Position numbers and translations under genes: made by a program. DNA of 63,996 nt, filler included, from Stramenopiles sp. TOSAG23-2 (Eukaryota): the NCBI GenBank assembly GCA_900128395.1. It is 11 parts of 11 records of this genome, joined end to end, with 100 filler letters (N's around TTAATTAATTAA, not from the genome) between each part and the next. Parts side by side here need not be neighbours in the genome. Positions count along the whole stretch, not along the records: positions 46,920 to 52,666 come from LT650599.1; positions 52,767 to 58,505 come from LT650600.1; positions 58,606 to 63,996 come from LT650680.1; 8 more parts are not named here. One strand, 5' to 3'. The notes under the pieces were generated by a model, which made no database searches, was not told where the DNA came from, and saw only the letters and a program-made list of their open reading frames with translations. The stretch's first letter is position 1; every line of letters begins with the position of its first letter. Of the stretch, positions 48,158-59,358 are shown one piece after another.

Positions 48158-49030
48158 TTACCAATTTGGTTCACGTTTTTCCAAAATACTATCCAATCCT
48201 TCGCCCATTGTAGTTGCATAACTATGTGCTTGACAATCCGCTTCACGCCACAAGGCTTGATCTAACCCAATATCAATTTTCATTCTCATACTACGTGTTA
48301 AATCTTGTACAGAATCTGGTGAGTTAGATGCTATACGATCAGCTAAGTTCAATGCATGTTCCAACGGTTCATCATTCAAAAGACATAGCCCTAATTGACT
48401 TGCTTCTTCTCCAGTAATTATGTCTCCAGTCAATAACATTTGTGATGCAACTTGTGTTCCAACAATTTGTGGTAAAAAATGAGTTGCTGCCATTCCTGGA
48501 TGTAATCCAATTTTAACAAAATTTAATCCCATCTTTGCTTTTGGATGTGCCACTCGTATATCTGTAGCAAGCGCAACACAAAATCCTGCACCAATTGCCG
48601 GGCCATTCAAAGCAGAAATAACTGGAACTGGTAAATTTCGTAAAGATAAAAATCGACGATAAAATGCTCTCATGATTTTACTATTGTTATATGGCGTATC
48701 TTGCGTCCTTGCACGTAAAAAATCTAAATCACCCCCAGCACTAAATGCCTTTCCTTTCCCGGTCAATACTAAACACCGCATATTTTTATCTGTTGATAAT
48801 TCCATCATTTTTTCTTCGAATGCTTCTCCCATAGCTAAAGTCATTGGATTCAATTTCTTTTCATTATTCAATGATAAAGTATATACTCCATTTGGTTTAG
48901 TATCGACAACTATTTCCTCTCCACTATTATTATTATTCGTTACTGGAGTAGTTGAAAATGATTTGAACGTAAATTGATTATATATTAATTTCCTACATTT
49001 GCAGTGACTACGTTTAATAATGGATATCAT
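48158..49030 (-). CDS. Enoyl-CoA hydratase/isomerase (crotonase) family protein with probable mitochondrial presequence
   Basis: LTGKGKAFSAGGDL, PVISALNGPAIGAG, ALATDIR, FVKIGLHPGMAAT, LLTGDIITGEEA. Confidence 0.92.
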   Translation of the reverse strand: MISIIKRSHCKCRKLIYNQFTFKSFSTTPVTNNNNSGEEIVVDTKPNGVYTLSLNNEKKLNPMTLAMGEAFEEKMMELSTDKNMRCLVLTGKGKAFSAGGDLDFLRARTQDTPYNNSKIMRAFYRRFLSLRNLPVPVISALNGPAIGAGFCVALATDIRVAHPKAKMGLNFVKIGLHPGMAATHFLPQIVGTQVASQMLLTGDIITGEEASQLGLCLLNDEPLEHALNLADRIASNSPDSVQDLTRSMRMKIDIGLDQALWREADCQAHSYATTMGEGLDSILEKREPNW

Positions 49031-49601
49031 TTTCTCTTTGGAACACTATATTGTTAGTGAATAAATTAATGACTGTATATATGATGTTTGTATTTAAATG
49101 TATATAGATGAATTTTATTTTGAATACAATGATTGGAATCATTTGATGATGTGAATAAAATGTTGTAAAGTTCTTCAAAAATAAATAAATATCTTTTCAA
49201 TAATACAGTACTGTATATACTACTGTGTATATGTATATATAAAATACGCGTGTAGTAGTAGGGTTTGCTGGTTTGCAATAATACCAGGTAATACAGAAAA
49301 TTTTGTAAAATTTTTTCGCACCACACCACACACCTTAAAAAATAATATTTACTGGGGTATTATACAACCTTTTCGTTCTTCTTTTTCGTTGCATTTTAAT
49401 TTGCCAGGTTTGAGACGTTTGAAAAAAAAACAAAATTAAAAAAAGCAGTTATTGTTATTTGAAAAATTATAATAAATACAGTTATGTACCACAAAGTATA
49501 AATAGTAAGAAACAAGAACAAAAGACTCAAAGAGATACAAAAATATATACCTACGTACCCACACTTCTATATATAAGCAACTGTGTCATAATAAGACAAA
49601 G

Positions 49602-52004
49602 ATGAATGTTTCTGATGACATCGTCGTGGAAGAAGATATACCGGAAACAATATCACCTAATCAACATAATAGGACATCTCCAAGGAATTCACCAATAATA
49701 GATAAGAAAGCTTCTATTATTGAAGAGTTAGTTGATGGTGCTGAAGAAGACAATAATATAAAAATAGAGGAGGAAATGGTAGTATTGGAATCTGATCATG
49801 TAAACATTATAAAAGTGCAAGAGTCTATTGTTACCACTGTCAATCAAGAAATGAAAGTTATGAAATCAGTTACAACACCACCACCACCTTCAAAAAAGAA
49901 ACTTACTACTACTACTACTAATAATAATGGTGATAATAATAAACATGAAGTAGAAAAGACGGAAGAAAAGCAATTATCACCGCATTCATTAAGCGTCCAA
50001 GAATTAATTAAAACTACGCAAAATTTAATTGGAAATCTTGATATTCAACTTCCAAAGGATTTTGGAAGAAATCGTAACAGTAAAGATAATAAAAAATCGA
50101 ATAAGAAAACATATAATAATCACAACAGTAACAGAAATACTAGGATATTAATAAAACAACAACAGCAGCAGCAGCAACAACAACAACAACTGCCACCATC
50201 TGTTTTAAATTCTACATTTAAAATAGCTATGCCACAAATGAACATATCCAAACGTGATTTGCAAATGCAACAGCAAATGGATACAACTGCAGCTGTATCT
50301 GCAGCTCGCGATATTATGGCAGAGAGGGCTAGAGATCGTATGTTAAAAAAAGAACATGACAAATTAGTTGCAAGATTATTGAAAGAAAAAGAAGAGAAAG
50401 CAAAAGAGGACGAAAGAAAGCGGAAGCATGAACATAAACGACAAGTGATTGAACGCGAGCGTAGTGAAAGGATGCAAAATGTCAAGCGTTGGCAAATAGA
50501 ACGTGATGCTGCAGCGAAATCAAAATTGGAGAAATTAGAACAAAACAAGCAACGTAAACTAGAACAAAAATTGAAATTAAAAGAAGCAAGAAAAAAAAGA
50601 AAAAAAAGAAAGAAATTAGAAGACGCAAAGCAACAGCAGCAGCAACAACAACAACAATACAATAGTAATTTACCGCACAGTCCTTCAAACATGATGCAAA
50701 CACCTACGACATTAGGTAGTGAACCTGGTAGTGATAATTTTGCATTGGATTCGATGATATCGCAGTATATCTCCATATCTAGTGGTTTACGTGCACAATT
50801 ACACATCACAGAATTACGCTTAGCTTCTAGAGCAAGAGTTTCTAAACGTGGTAGAGAATTGGATGCAGAATCATCAGGGGCAGCAATAAGTTCACCATCG
50901 AAAACGGAGAAAGCATACGATATCGTATCTCGTGTACGCAAATTATTATCAACAGTTGATGAAGAACTTCCAACATTGCACCATTTATTGTCTGATGTTG
51001 AATTTTTAGCCAAGCCGAAATTAACACGCTCTGCTATAAAGGAACAATATGGCGGTGGTGGCGATGGCAGCAGTAACAATCCTTACTCTGCAACACCACC
51101 AATTGTACGTAAATCTCAAGAGGTGTTGCGTAGTGTCATTAATTTCGAAGCGAAAAGTCCAGAAATGCGCAGTAGTCGAAGTTTATATGGAAGCAATAAT
51201 AAAAGAAGGAGTAATAAAAATATTAGTACAAGTCCCGGGCAAGCAAGTTCAGCTTTTTTAGATTTTAATGAAATTGCTTCTCAAAGTAAAAATGCATTGC
51301 AATATGATAATAATGATAGTAACGAAGACGATATCGGCGACGATAATGATGCAAATAGTGATTGGGAAGTAAATGCTATCCGAAATCAAAACAAACATAA
51401 TCGTGGTAGGCATAGTGCAAAACATAGTCCTACGTATAAAAGTAAAAGCAGAAAAAGTGATAGTAGTAGTAAAAAACATCGCGATGCCAGTGGAAGTCAT
51501 AAAAGCAAATCTGCTCGCTCCTCTTCATCATTAAAAAATCATAGTGCATCATCACATATGCCAAAAATAAGTAAAAGCCTCTCTGTTGCTGAAATACGTG
51601 CAATAAAGCAAAAAAAATTAGCAAGCGGGGGTTTAAAACTTGCATTCCATGCAACAAGAACGACGAAACGTGCAGGTGCCAATCGGGGTGGTAGTAGTAA
51701 TAACGGGGATTCTAGACGCGAAGATGAAATACGAAAAGTTAAAAAAGTTAGAAAAAAGAAAAAATTACGTACAAAGAAAAAAATTAAAAAAGCCCAAGCA
51801 TTATCAATTGTGGATGATGATTATCAAAATGGTAATAATAATTTGATTGAAAGCAATAATCGTTTTGATGATTACAATGGTGATGGTGGTAAGAATAGCA
51901 CTAATAATGCCGATGGTGGTGGTGCTCGTGTTGTAACTTCTAGAAGTACAAGTGATTTGTCTAAAGTCTATGAAAATCATCCTGGTATAACCTTTATCCC
52001 ATGA
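49602..52004 (+). CDS. Hypothetical low-complexity / coiled-coil protein (800 aa)
   Basis: 2.4-kb ORF; poly-Q, K/R/E coiled coil, S-rich; no domain recognised. Confidence 0.75.
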   Translation: MNVSDDIVVEEDIPETISPNQHNRTSPRNSPIIDKKASIIEELVDGAEEDNNIKIEEEMVVLESDHVNIIKVQESIVTTVNQEMKVMKSVTTPPPPSKKKLTTTTTNNNGDNNKHEVEKTEEKQLSPHSLSVQELIKTTQNLIGNLDIQLPKDFGRNRNSKDNKKSNKKTYNNHNSNRNTRILIKQQQQQQQQQQQLPPSVLNSTFKIAMPQMNISKRDLQMQQQMDTTAAVSAARDIMAERARDRMLKKEHDKLVARLLKEKEEKAKEDERKRKHEHKRQVIERERSERMQNVKRWQIERDAAAKSKLEKLEQNKQRKLEQKLKLKEARKKRKKRKKLEDAKQQQQQQQQQYNSNLPHSPSNMMQTPTTLGSEPGSDNFALDSMISQYISISSGLRAQLHITELRLASRARVSKRGRELDAESSGAAISSPSKTEKAYDIVSRVRKLLSTVDEELPTLHHLLSDVEFLAKPKLTRSAIKEQYGGGGDGSSNNPYSATPPIVRKSQEVLRSVINFEAKSPEMRSSRSLYGSNNKRRSNKNISTSPGQASSAFLDFNEIASQSKNALQYDNNDSNEDDIGDDNDANSDWEVNAIRNQNKHNRGRHSAKHSPTYKSKSRKSDSSSKKHRDASGSHKSKSARSSSSLKNHSASSHMPKISKSLSVAEIRAIKQKKLASGGLKLAFHATRTTKRAGANRGGSSNNGDSRREDEIRKVKKVRKKKKLRTKKKIKKAQALSIVDDDYQNGNNNLIESNNRFDDYNGDGGKNSTNNADGGGARVVTSRSTSDLSKVYENHPGITFIP

Positions 52005-52574
52005 GAGGGGATTGATGGAGGGAGAGGTTTGTAAGATCTTGTGCTTTTTGTACTTTTGTAGCTTTAATTGGGAAGTGCTGAAAATGTGGTTGTTAACGAC
52101 CATCGTATTCATCAGTAGATTCTGCCAGCAGTCAAGAGGATCATTCTCGACGAATAATTTTTGAATTTTTCGTATCTTAGTTTGCGTTTTATTTGTAATT
52201 GTTGTGTCAACATAGAATAAGACTTCATCTGGCGTCTCTGCAGTATTATAATAGAAAGCTGGAAAGCAATATATATAATGTTGGTTTGCCTAATAACAGT
52301 TGTTATAATTTATTGCTGTGTATATGTTATTGTGATAGACGTACTTAAATTACGTCATTATAACAATTCCTACTGCTATCAAAATACCCCGCACTCCGCA
52401 CTATGTAACACATTTATTCTACTAAGTACAAATATGTCAATAGCATATACACATACAATTTTGCTTTAAAGCTAACATCTACACACCATTGATAAATATT
52501 ATAATATACTAATACATCTTTCAACTATTTATATTCTTCTTCTTCATCTCTTTATTATTACAAACTACTACTGG

Positions 52575-52666
52575 CAAACCCACCTTTCAATTGAATTTTA
52601 ATAAATAAATCAAATTGAAATATAAAGTGTTGCAAGTGCTATATCTTATATAGATATAATATACAT
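52575..52666 (+). repeat. Copy 2 of the ~95-bp repeat (inverted), running into the scaffold end
   Basis: CAAACCCACCTTTCAATTGAA...GTGTTGCAAGTGCTATATCTTATATAGATATAATATACAT. Confidence 0.9.
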
Positions 52667-52919
52667 NNNNNNNNNNNNNNNNNNNNNNNNNNNNNNNNNN
52701 NNNNNNNNNNTTAATTAATTAANNNNNNNNNNNNNNNNNNNNNNNNNNNNNNNNNNNNNNNNNNNNAATTTTTATTACAATAAGCAGTGAGAGAAAAATT
52801 TTACAAACAACGTGTGCTATGAGTAATATATAATATTAAAGTATACTATAAAAATATGCATACATTAATATTTTTTACTAGTGACCCTGTAAAAAAAACT
52901 TTATAAAAATGTATCTTTA

Positions 52920-55805
52920 TTGAGATTATCAAGGGCTTCATTTATTGCATATCCAAATAATAATTGTATACATATATTGACTGATCATGATAGATGGTGC
53001 GATAGAAAAAATACGAAAACAAAGCCTCCATTTGTATTATGGCAAAAATTAAACGTAGAAGGATCAAAACCAATATTAACTGTAAGTTGGTGTGAAGAGT
53101 TGTCGAATATTGGAACAGAGTATTGGCTTGCAGCAGCAACTTGTACATCGGTTTATTTATTTGCCGCATCAACTGCGGATGAAAATCAAATTTCTGTTTT
53201 GCCCGTATGGGAATTGATACGTAAAATTGACGTCCAGAAGAAAGGACGGATAAATACATTGTCATGGTCTTCTTTTTTTGGTGTACGTAAACTTCTTGTT
53301 GGTGGGCATAAATTAAACCTTTTTGCAATTAATGGAAAACAAAATGTACCTTTAACAATTTGGAAGGCAAAACGTTATCCTGTCAGTGGAAGCGTTGTAA
53401 TAGATGCTAAGTTATCAATGGATGGAAGATTATTTGCGACAGCAGAAAAGTCAAGCCGTTTGGTTCGAGTTTGGTTTACTAAGCATGGTGTTCATGGCGT
53501 CTATAGCTGTGCACATTTACCACATGAACGCTCTGTAGTAAGCATTTCATGGCGCCCATATTTAACAACATCAGCAAAAGGTGATGTTCAAATGATTCAT
53601 GGTACATCAACAAGGCGAGCTTTAATGACTCTTACGAAGGGATCCATTGTATATATCTGGCAAGAAAGTGACAAAAGTGAAGAATTTCGTATGTTATTAG
53701 CCTTAACATTTGGCGAGCAAAGTCCAGTTAATAATTTTTCACCTTCATGTAAACTTTTGAGTAGCGTATGGGTTACATATCGAAAGAAAGAAGAAACTTT
53801 TGAATGGGGAGATATGGATAACAGTTTCAACATTAATAATGATAATAATAATAATAACATCGATAATGGTAATAATAATAATAATAATACTAAAGGAAGC
53901 TCTGCTTTTAACAATGATAAAAAATTAAGAGAATACGATGAAAATAAAATGAAGAACCAAAAAAAAATAATATCTAAATCACATGGCCACGTAGTTGGAA
54001 GAAAAGAAACATCAGTACGTCTTGGACCATATGCGGAACATTTTGAAGATACAGATTATATAGTAGGATTAACAAATGAAAATAAAGTAAAAATTTGGGT
54101 GATTAGTGGTATCGACGCACAACCACGATGTTCCATTGGTGTAAAACCATGGGGAACTGCATCAACAAGAAACGTTATGCCAGATTCAAAAATACTTGCT
54201 GCAACATGTTTTATAACAGAGGCAAAGAAATTATTATCTATGCAATCAACTTCATCAACCAATGGCATTTCAGGTTCACATGTTGGAAAAGCAGCGACAA
54301 GCCGTAGTATGCCAGAACCTATTCGTTTATGTTTGATATTAAACTCTAAACAGGCACTTTCATGTAAAGCTGTATGGCTTGAATGGGATGCCAATCGACC
54401 TTTGTCTGTTGCTGGACAAGCTGCATATGATAGAGGTGGCCAAACGACGGAATCGAGACTTTACGATGCTGGGCACTCACACGATATCATTGCTGTCAGC
54501 ACCTTAAGCAACGGTAGTTGTCTAGAAAATGCGGTTGTATCATTAGATTGTGCTGGGATCATAAAAACATGGAACGTTGATAGCCTATCTGGAGTCTTAT
54601 TGTCGTCATTTGATGAATTTAAGTCTTTCAAAGCCATGGCAGTACAATTATGGGGCGGAACCATAAGAACTGAAAACGGCGATGATTGTTGGATGACTGT
54701 ATTGATTGTTGTAAACAAAAATTACGATTTAATAGCTTATGTTCGCCAAAACGTAACGTTATCGGTTTCAAATGATAATCATAATGGTGATTATGATAGC
54801 AACAATAATACTTGGGATTTACTTTGTAAAACAAATTTAGCTGATACAATTTTAAGTGAGGATTCCTCTGAAACGTTGTTGGCTCCTGTTTTGGATATCA
54901 ATATTATTGGAATGATCGATTCATTGTATATAGGTCTAACTAATAAAAGTAATGGAAGTGTCATGGTGGTACATATGAAAGTTTTCGATCGTATATTTAA
55001 AATAATGCCATCAAAAAATCATGTATTTTCCAACAGTATTACATGCGCATCATTTTCTAAATGTAATGCTGCATTTACATACAGTAGATTTTACGTAGCG
55101 TGTGCAGATAATATTATTTATTCCCTCACAATGAATGAGGGTGAGAATGAAATGTTCCGAAAGGACATTGACGTAAATGCGGGAAACAATAGAACTGGTT
55201 TTCAAATAATTAGCTTTGCATCTACTTCAAAAAGCTCGAAAATGGCGTTAATAGTGAAAGATGTCGCACGAAACTTATTTCAGGTCGAGGTTTACGATGA
55301 AAGAAATAGCAAGTATGAAGTTCAATCCATAATATCTATAATAACAGATACGGATGTGAAATATAATGCAATTAATGAAAAATATTTACAAATTAAATGG
55401 TTGCATAGATATGGCCATGATTCGTTTATTGCAACCAATTGCGGTACACGGATTGATATTTACTCCACAAATGGCAAAGTTATTCATGGTGACGATGGTG
55501 ACGGCAATGAAGTGCAAAAAAACACATTAACTACTAGCCCATTAGAATACAATTTAACAAAAATTGCTTCGACAGATCGTTTTGATAATATGTGCAAAGG
55601 ATTTGTTACTAAAAATAATGGAAATATGTTTCTAAATTTCGGCAATCATATTGAATTATATGATGGATTATTATTTTATGAGATAAGTAATAATATGAAG
55701 TTACGATCCAAATGTCTTGACCATATTTTAACAAAGAAAATGGGTAGAGCAGGAGAAGCTACAAAGTCAACAACCTACATACAAAAAAAACATCAACAAC
55801 AATAA
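52920..55805 (+). CDS. DMX-like / Rav1 (RAVE complex, rabconnectin-3 alpha) WD40 protein, N-terminal part; apparently truncated
   Basis: SMDGRLFATAEKSSRLVRVW, HLPHERSVVSISWRP and LMTLTKGSIVYIWQE follow the DMXL/Rav1 N-terminal propeller pattern; further WD repeats (GHSHDI...IKTWN); true 5' exon not seen. Confidence 0.65.
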   Translation: MRLSRASFIAYPNNNCIHILTDHDRWCDRKNTKTKPPFVLWQKLNVEGSKPILTVSWCEELSNIGTEYWLAAATCTSVYLFAASTADENQISVLPVWELIRKIDVQKKGRINTLSWSSFFGVRKLLVGGHKLNLFAINGKQNVPLTIWKAKRYPVSGSVVIDAKLSMDGRLFATAEKSSRLVRVWFTKHGVHGVYSCAHLPHERSVVSISWRPYLTTSAKGDVQMIHGTSTRRALMTLTKGSIVYIWQESDKSEEFRMLLALTFGEQSPVNNFSPSCKLLSSVWVTYRKKEETFEWGDMDNSFNINNDNNNNNIDNGNNNNNNTKGSSAFNNDKKLREYDENKMKNQKKIISKSHGHVVGRKETSVRLGPYAEHFEDTDYIVGLTNENKVKIWVISGIDAQPRCSIGVKPWGTASTRNVMPDSKILAATCFITEAKKLLSMQSTSSTNGISGSHVGKAATSRSMPEPIRLCLILNSKQALSCKAVWLEWDANRPLSVAGQAAYDRGGQTTESRLYDAGHSHDIIAVSTLSNGSCLENAVVSLDCAGIIKTWNVDSLSGVLLSSFDEFKSFKAMAVQLWGGTIRTENGDDCWMTVLIVVNKNYDLIAYVRQNVTLSVSNDNHNGDYDSNNNTWDLLCKTNLADTILSEDSSETLLAPVLDINIIGMIDSLYIGLTNKSNGSVMVVHMKVFDRIFKIMPSKNHVFSNSITCASFSKCNAAFTYSRFYVACADNIIYSLTMNEGENEMFRKDIDVNAGNNRTGFQIISFASTSKSSKMALIVKDVARNLFQVEVYDERNSKYEVQSIISIITDTDVKYNAINEKYLQIKWLHRYGHDSFIATNCGTRIDIYSTNGKVIHGDDGDGNEVQKNTLTTSPLEYNLTKIASTDRFDNMCKGFVTKNNGNMFLNFGNHIELYDGLLFYEISNNMKLRSKCLDHILTKKMGRAGEATKSTTYIQKKHQQQ

Positions 55806-55929
55806 CAACAAAATATTACTTTCCTTTCTTTTCTTAAAATGGGTAGAGCAGGAGAAGCTACAAAGTCAACAACCTACATACAAAAAAAACATCAACAACA
55901 ATAACAACAAAATATTACTTTCCTTTCTT
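55737..55929 (+). repeat. 99-bp-period tandem duplication at the point where the WD40 ORF ends
   Basis: AAAATGGGTAGAGCAGGAGAAGCTAC...TTACTTTCCTTTCTT present twice. Confidence 0.9.
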
Positions 55930-56031
55930 CTCTTTCTTTCTCTATTATATATATTTACTAACAATGACATTGCTTATAAATTCGTATACAAACATACTAT
56001 AACACCAGTAGCAGATACTGATGAACAAACG

Positions 56032-56706
56032 TTGTGTTTAAAACAACATGAAGGCACTATGGTTGCAAGCAACATAGGAACATCAGCTACTACTAGAAAT
56101 ATTACCATGGAAAATGACGCTTCTACTAAAGTAAATATGAATGCTTTAGCATTTGAAGTAAATTCTACTGTAACAACCGAAGTAGATTCAATAACTACAA
56201 AAATATTATCTATTGGAAATCGCAGTATAGACGTAGCAGATGCAGCTAGTATGAATATAGTAATATCAACAGATGCTTCTTATGATACATCTAATATAAA
56301 TATAGGAACATCAGCTACTATTAGAAATATTACCAATGGAAATGATGCTTCTACTAATGAAGTAGATATGAATGCTTTAGCATTTGAAATAAATTCTGCT
56401 ACTGGAACAAATTTAATTTATTCATGTGGACCCGCTTTACCCCAGAATGATATAATCAAATATGATGGTTATATGGACAAATGTATGAATGATAATAAAA
56501 TATTGGAAGTTTGTGGAGATTTAGCTGGTACCAAGTACTATGGATATTATAGTACCATTTTCATGTCACAAGGTAAGTATTGGCATCATGATGGAAACTT
56601 TTTCATATTTGATCCAGGCGGCGATACAAATAACATATATATATATATTACTTTTCTTCCATCTCTTTCACTAAACAAAAAACACCAAAAACATAAAATT
56701 AATTAA
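56032..56706 (+). pseudogene. Degenerate ORF with two fibre-like repeats (NIGTSATxRNITxxNDAST..V(N/D)MNALAFE(V/I)NS)
   Basis: DNA-level internal repeat (~56074-56170 vs ~56302-56402); composition resembles viral fibre/beta-solenoid proteins. Confidence 0.4.
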
Positions 56707-56723
56707 ATCAAAAATGCGTACAA

Positions 56724-56818
56724 CCCTTTTATCAACCTAAAAGAAGTGTGTGCTGAAAGGCAAACCTGGGTGATTGGGTCCCCAGTATAAATTATGGACA
56801 ATCTGGTTGATGAAAGGG
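56724..56818. mobile_element. Tiny piggyBac-like MITE candidate (95 bp)
   Basis: CCCTTTTATCAACC...GGTTGATGAAAGGG (14-bp inverted repeat, 1 mismatch) followed by TTAA; left flank reads ACAA rather than TTAA. Confidence 0.45.
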
Positions 56819-57208
56819 TTAATAATGTGAAATATATTATTATTTTGTTGAATTTGTATGTATTTATATTATGTACAAGATCGTAGTCTTGTGAATTATT
56901 TCGGATATTTATATTATTATAAATTGATATTTTAGTATTTTATAATAGCCAATATATTCTTAGTACTATATGTCTAAATTAATCTAAAAAAAATCATACA
57001 AAAATGTATATTAATATTATAGTGGATTTTAAGTGACTAAAAATAAAAATAACGTTTTTCAAAAAAAAAAAATAATAATAGACTAAATAATAATAAAAAA
57101 TAAAAAATAATAGAAAACAAACTTATTCAATATACACATTAACATTTGCATGATAATACACTGCATAATTTATTTCATTGTTCACCCTCATTATCATCTG
57201 TGGGCATC

Positions 57209-58438
57209 ATGAATAACAATGAAATCATTGTAACTAATGATAATTATCGCCAAGAACAAACACAGAAAAAGAATACATATTTTACAACACGTCTATTATT
57301 ATTATGTATTGGCATTGGATTTACAATAATATCAATAGTATCAGTGTTACCAGCCAGCAATAGTCCAACGGCGATACCCACAGCTAGAGCTGCGAGTGTC
57401 CAATTCATACATATAACACAACATCATATTGCTGAGATTTTAAGTCCAGTAGGTTGGGTATCATTTGGTACTCATTTATCCGTGGCTGCACACGTGGACC
57501 TAAAGATTACATATATGGATAAGGTTCATTTCATAGCTGTATGGTTTCACTATATTTGTTGTATATATCATTGCATATGTATTGGATCATATGCAAATTT
57601 GAGCTTTGTATTGATACCAGCAGTAATATTGCTGCCAATATACTTCCACACAACTGCAATACGAAAAGCGATAAGAGCAAGTTTTTATAAAAGGGCGAAG
57701 GATGAATCTAATTTTGATAGTAGCAATATAAAAGGTAGACTAAAACTTGAAAAATTTGAAGGTCAAGTTGTTGTTGAAAACCTCATGCGTGGCTTTACTA
57801 TAGTTGGTGGAATGACATTTCTTTTAAGTGAAGTAACGGAATGTTTACAAGGTATTTACACAAAAAGCAAAGCAGATGCGAAATGTTCAAATATCTTTAT
57901 GAATAATTACGTTATCTTGACTGTAATGTCTCAGGTATTTTTGTATAAAGTTTTATTAATTGACACTGGCAGTACTTCCATAACTAATGCTGTTCGTTGT
58001 AATGCGAAGACAAAAACATTAACATATAGCAATACGTTGGTTGGTCTTTGTGTACTTCAAGTTTTTGTTTTATTTTCCGTTAGGCATTTACCACCTTCGG
58101 ATCTTGGTTTTATTTTCAGTCTGCTTTTTGCATATATGCCAATGATTACTATGCCAATTAATTTGTTCATAGTCGTAAAAGTAATCAAAAGTAATTTCAA
58201 AACAATAACAGAAAATGGAAGTGGAAGTGGAGGTTTTATTAACAACATAAGGAAAGACAACTTGATGATGATGACAAATGACAGTGAGGTCCTCTCTACA
58301 AATGATGATAATATTAAAGATATTGAGAGAAACATTTCTGAAAAAGAAACAACGATTGTGACGTCGTCTGGAGGATCAAAACAAACTAAATCAATAATCA
58401 GCAGTGGTAATAGCAATAGCAAATATGTAGTAGAGTAA
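57209..58438 (+). CDS. Hypothetical multi-pass membrane protein (~7 hydrophobic segments)
   Basis: Long ORF with several ~20-aa hydrophobic stretches and an N/S-rich C-terminal tail; start uncertain (frame open from 57146). Confidence 0.7.
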   Translation: MNNNEIIVTNDNYRQEQTQKKNTYFTTRLLLLCIGIGFTIISIVSVLPASNSPTAIPTARAASVQFIHITQHHIAEILSPVGWVSFGTHLSVAAHVDLKITYMDKVHFIAVWFHYICCIYHCICIGSYANLSFVLIPAVILLPIYFHTTAIRKAIRASFYKRAKDESNFDSSNIKGRLKLEKFEGQVVVENLMRGFTIVGGMTFLLSEVTECLQGIYTKSKADAKCSNIFMNNYVILTVMSQVFLYKVLLIDTGSTSITNAVRCNAKTKTLTYSNTLVGLCVLQVFVLFSVRHLPPSDLGFIFSLLFAYMPMITMPINLFIVVKVIKSNFKTITENGSGSGGFINNIRKDNLMMMTNDSEVLSTNDDNIKDIERNISEKETTIVTSSGGSKQTKSIISSGNSNSKYVVE

Positions 58439-58659
58439 AGGTATATATATCCAGGCTAGGGACGATGATGTATACAATGATAAATCAACTTTGAAAACAG
58501 TTCCTNNNNNNNNNNNNNNNNNNNNNNNNNNNNNNNNNNNNNNNNNNNNTTAATTAATTAANNNNNNNNNNNNNNNNNNNNNNNNNNNNNNNNNNNNNNN
58601 NNNNNAGATAAAATATATACATATCAATATATATTTCTACTTTTTATTGAATAATTAAT

Positions 58660-59358
58660 ATGTCAGCTATTACTTCAACATCAGCTTTAAGTAAATTAAA
58701 TATTGAAACTTTAAATGAAGGTGATGGCAAAACTTTTCCAAAGAAGGGTGATACTTGTGTTATGCATTATACTGGTACATTAAAAGTTGGTGGCAAGAAA
58801 TTCGATTCATCTAGAGATCGTGGAGAACCATTTTCATTTGATATTGGAGTAGGACAAGTCATTCAAGGGTGGGATGTAGGTGTCATGACAATGTCACTTG
58901 GGCAACGTGTTAAATTAACTATTCCTGCAGATATGGGATATGGTGCTAGAGGTGCTGGTGGTGTGATTCCACCTAATGCAGATTTAATCTTTGATGTTGA
59001 ATTATTAAAAATTGAGCCACCACCTCAACTTGAAATGGAAACTATCAAAGAAGGAGATGGGAAAACGTTCCCAAATCCTGGAGATACATTGACAATGCAT
59101 TATACTGGAACATTGGCTTCAAATGGTAATAAATTTGATTCTTCCAGAGACAAAGGGAAACCATTTGTCTTTCAAATAGGTGTTGGAAGGGTTATTAAAG
59201 GTTGGGACGTTGGTGTAATGAAAATGTCACTTGGTCAACGAGTTAATTTGAAAATTCCATCTAAAATGGGATATGGTGCTAGAGGTGCTGGTGGAGTTAT
59301 ACCACCTAATGCAGATTTAATCTTTGATGTTGAATTATTGAAAATCCAAAGAAGATAA
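58660..59358 (+). CDS. Double-domain FKBP-type peptidyl-prolyl isomerase (two FKBP12-like domains)
   Basis: Two copies of GDGKTFP...MHYTGTL...KFDSSRD..PF...VI(Q/K)GWDVGV...[26 protein letters not shown], with many synonymous differences between copies. Confidence 0.95.
   Translation: MSAITSTSALSKLNIETLNEGDGKTFPKKGDTCVMHYTGTLKVGGKKFDSSRDRGEPFSFDIGVGQVIQGWDVGVMTMSLGQRVKLTIPADMGYGARGAGGVIPPNADLIFDVELLKIEPPPQLEMETIKEGDGKTFPNPGDTLTMHYTGTLASNGNKFDSSRDKGKPFVFQIGVGRVIKGWDVGVMKMSLGQRVNLKIPSKMGYGARGAGGVIPPNADLIFDVELLKIQRR

Noticed and set aside
51804..52290. Minus-strand open frame overlapping the 3' end of the 800-aa gene
   Set aside because: Possibly an exon fragment, but no domain, start or reliable splice structure could be established
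5786..58605. Regularly spaced TTAATTAATTAA motif every ~5.85 kb, and any operon-like reading of neighbouring genes
   Set aside because: Artificial concatenation linkers between length-sorted scaffolds; the periodicity and cross-spacer neighbourhoods are not biological
58660..59358. Double FKBP as another assembly duplication
   Set aside because: The two domains differ at many synonymous and non-synonymous sites, so this is an old genuine duplication; multi-domain FKBPs are ordinary
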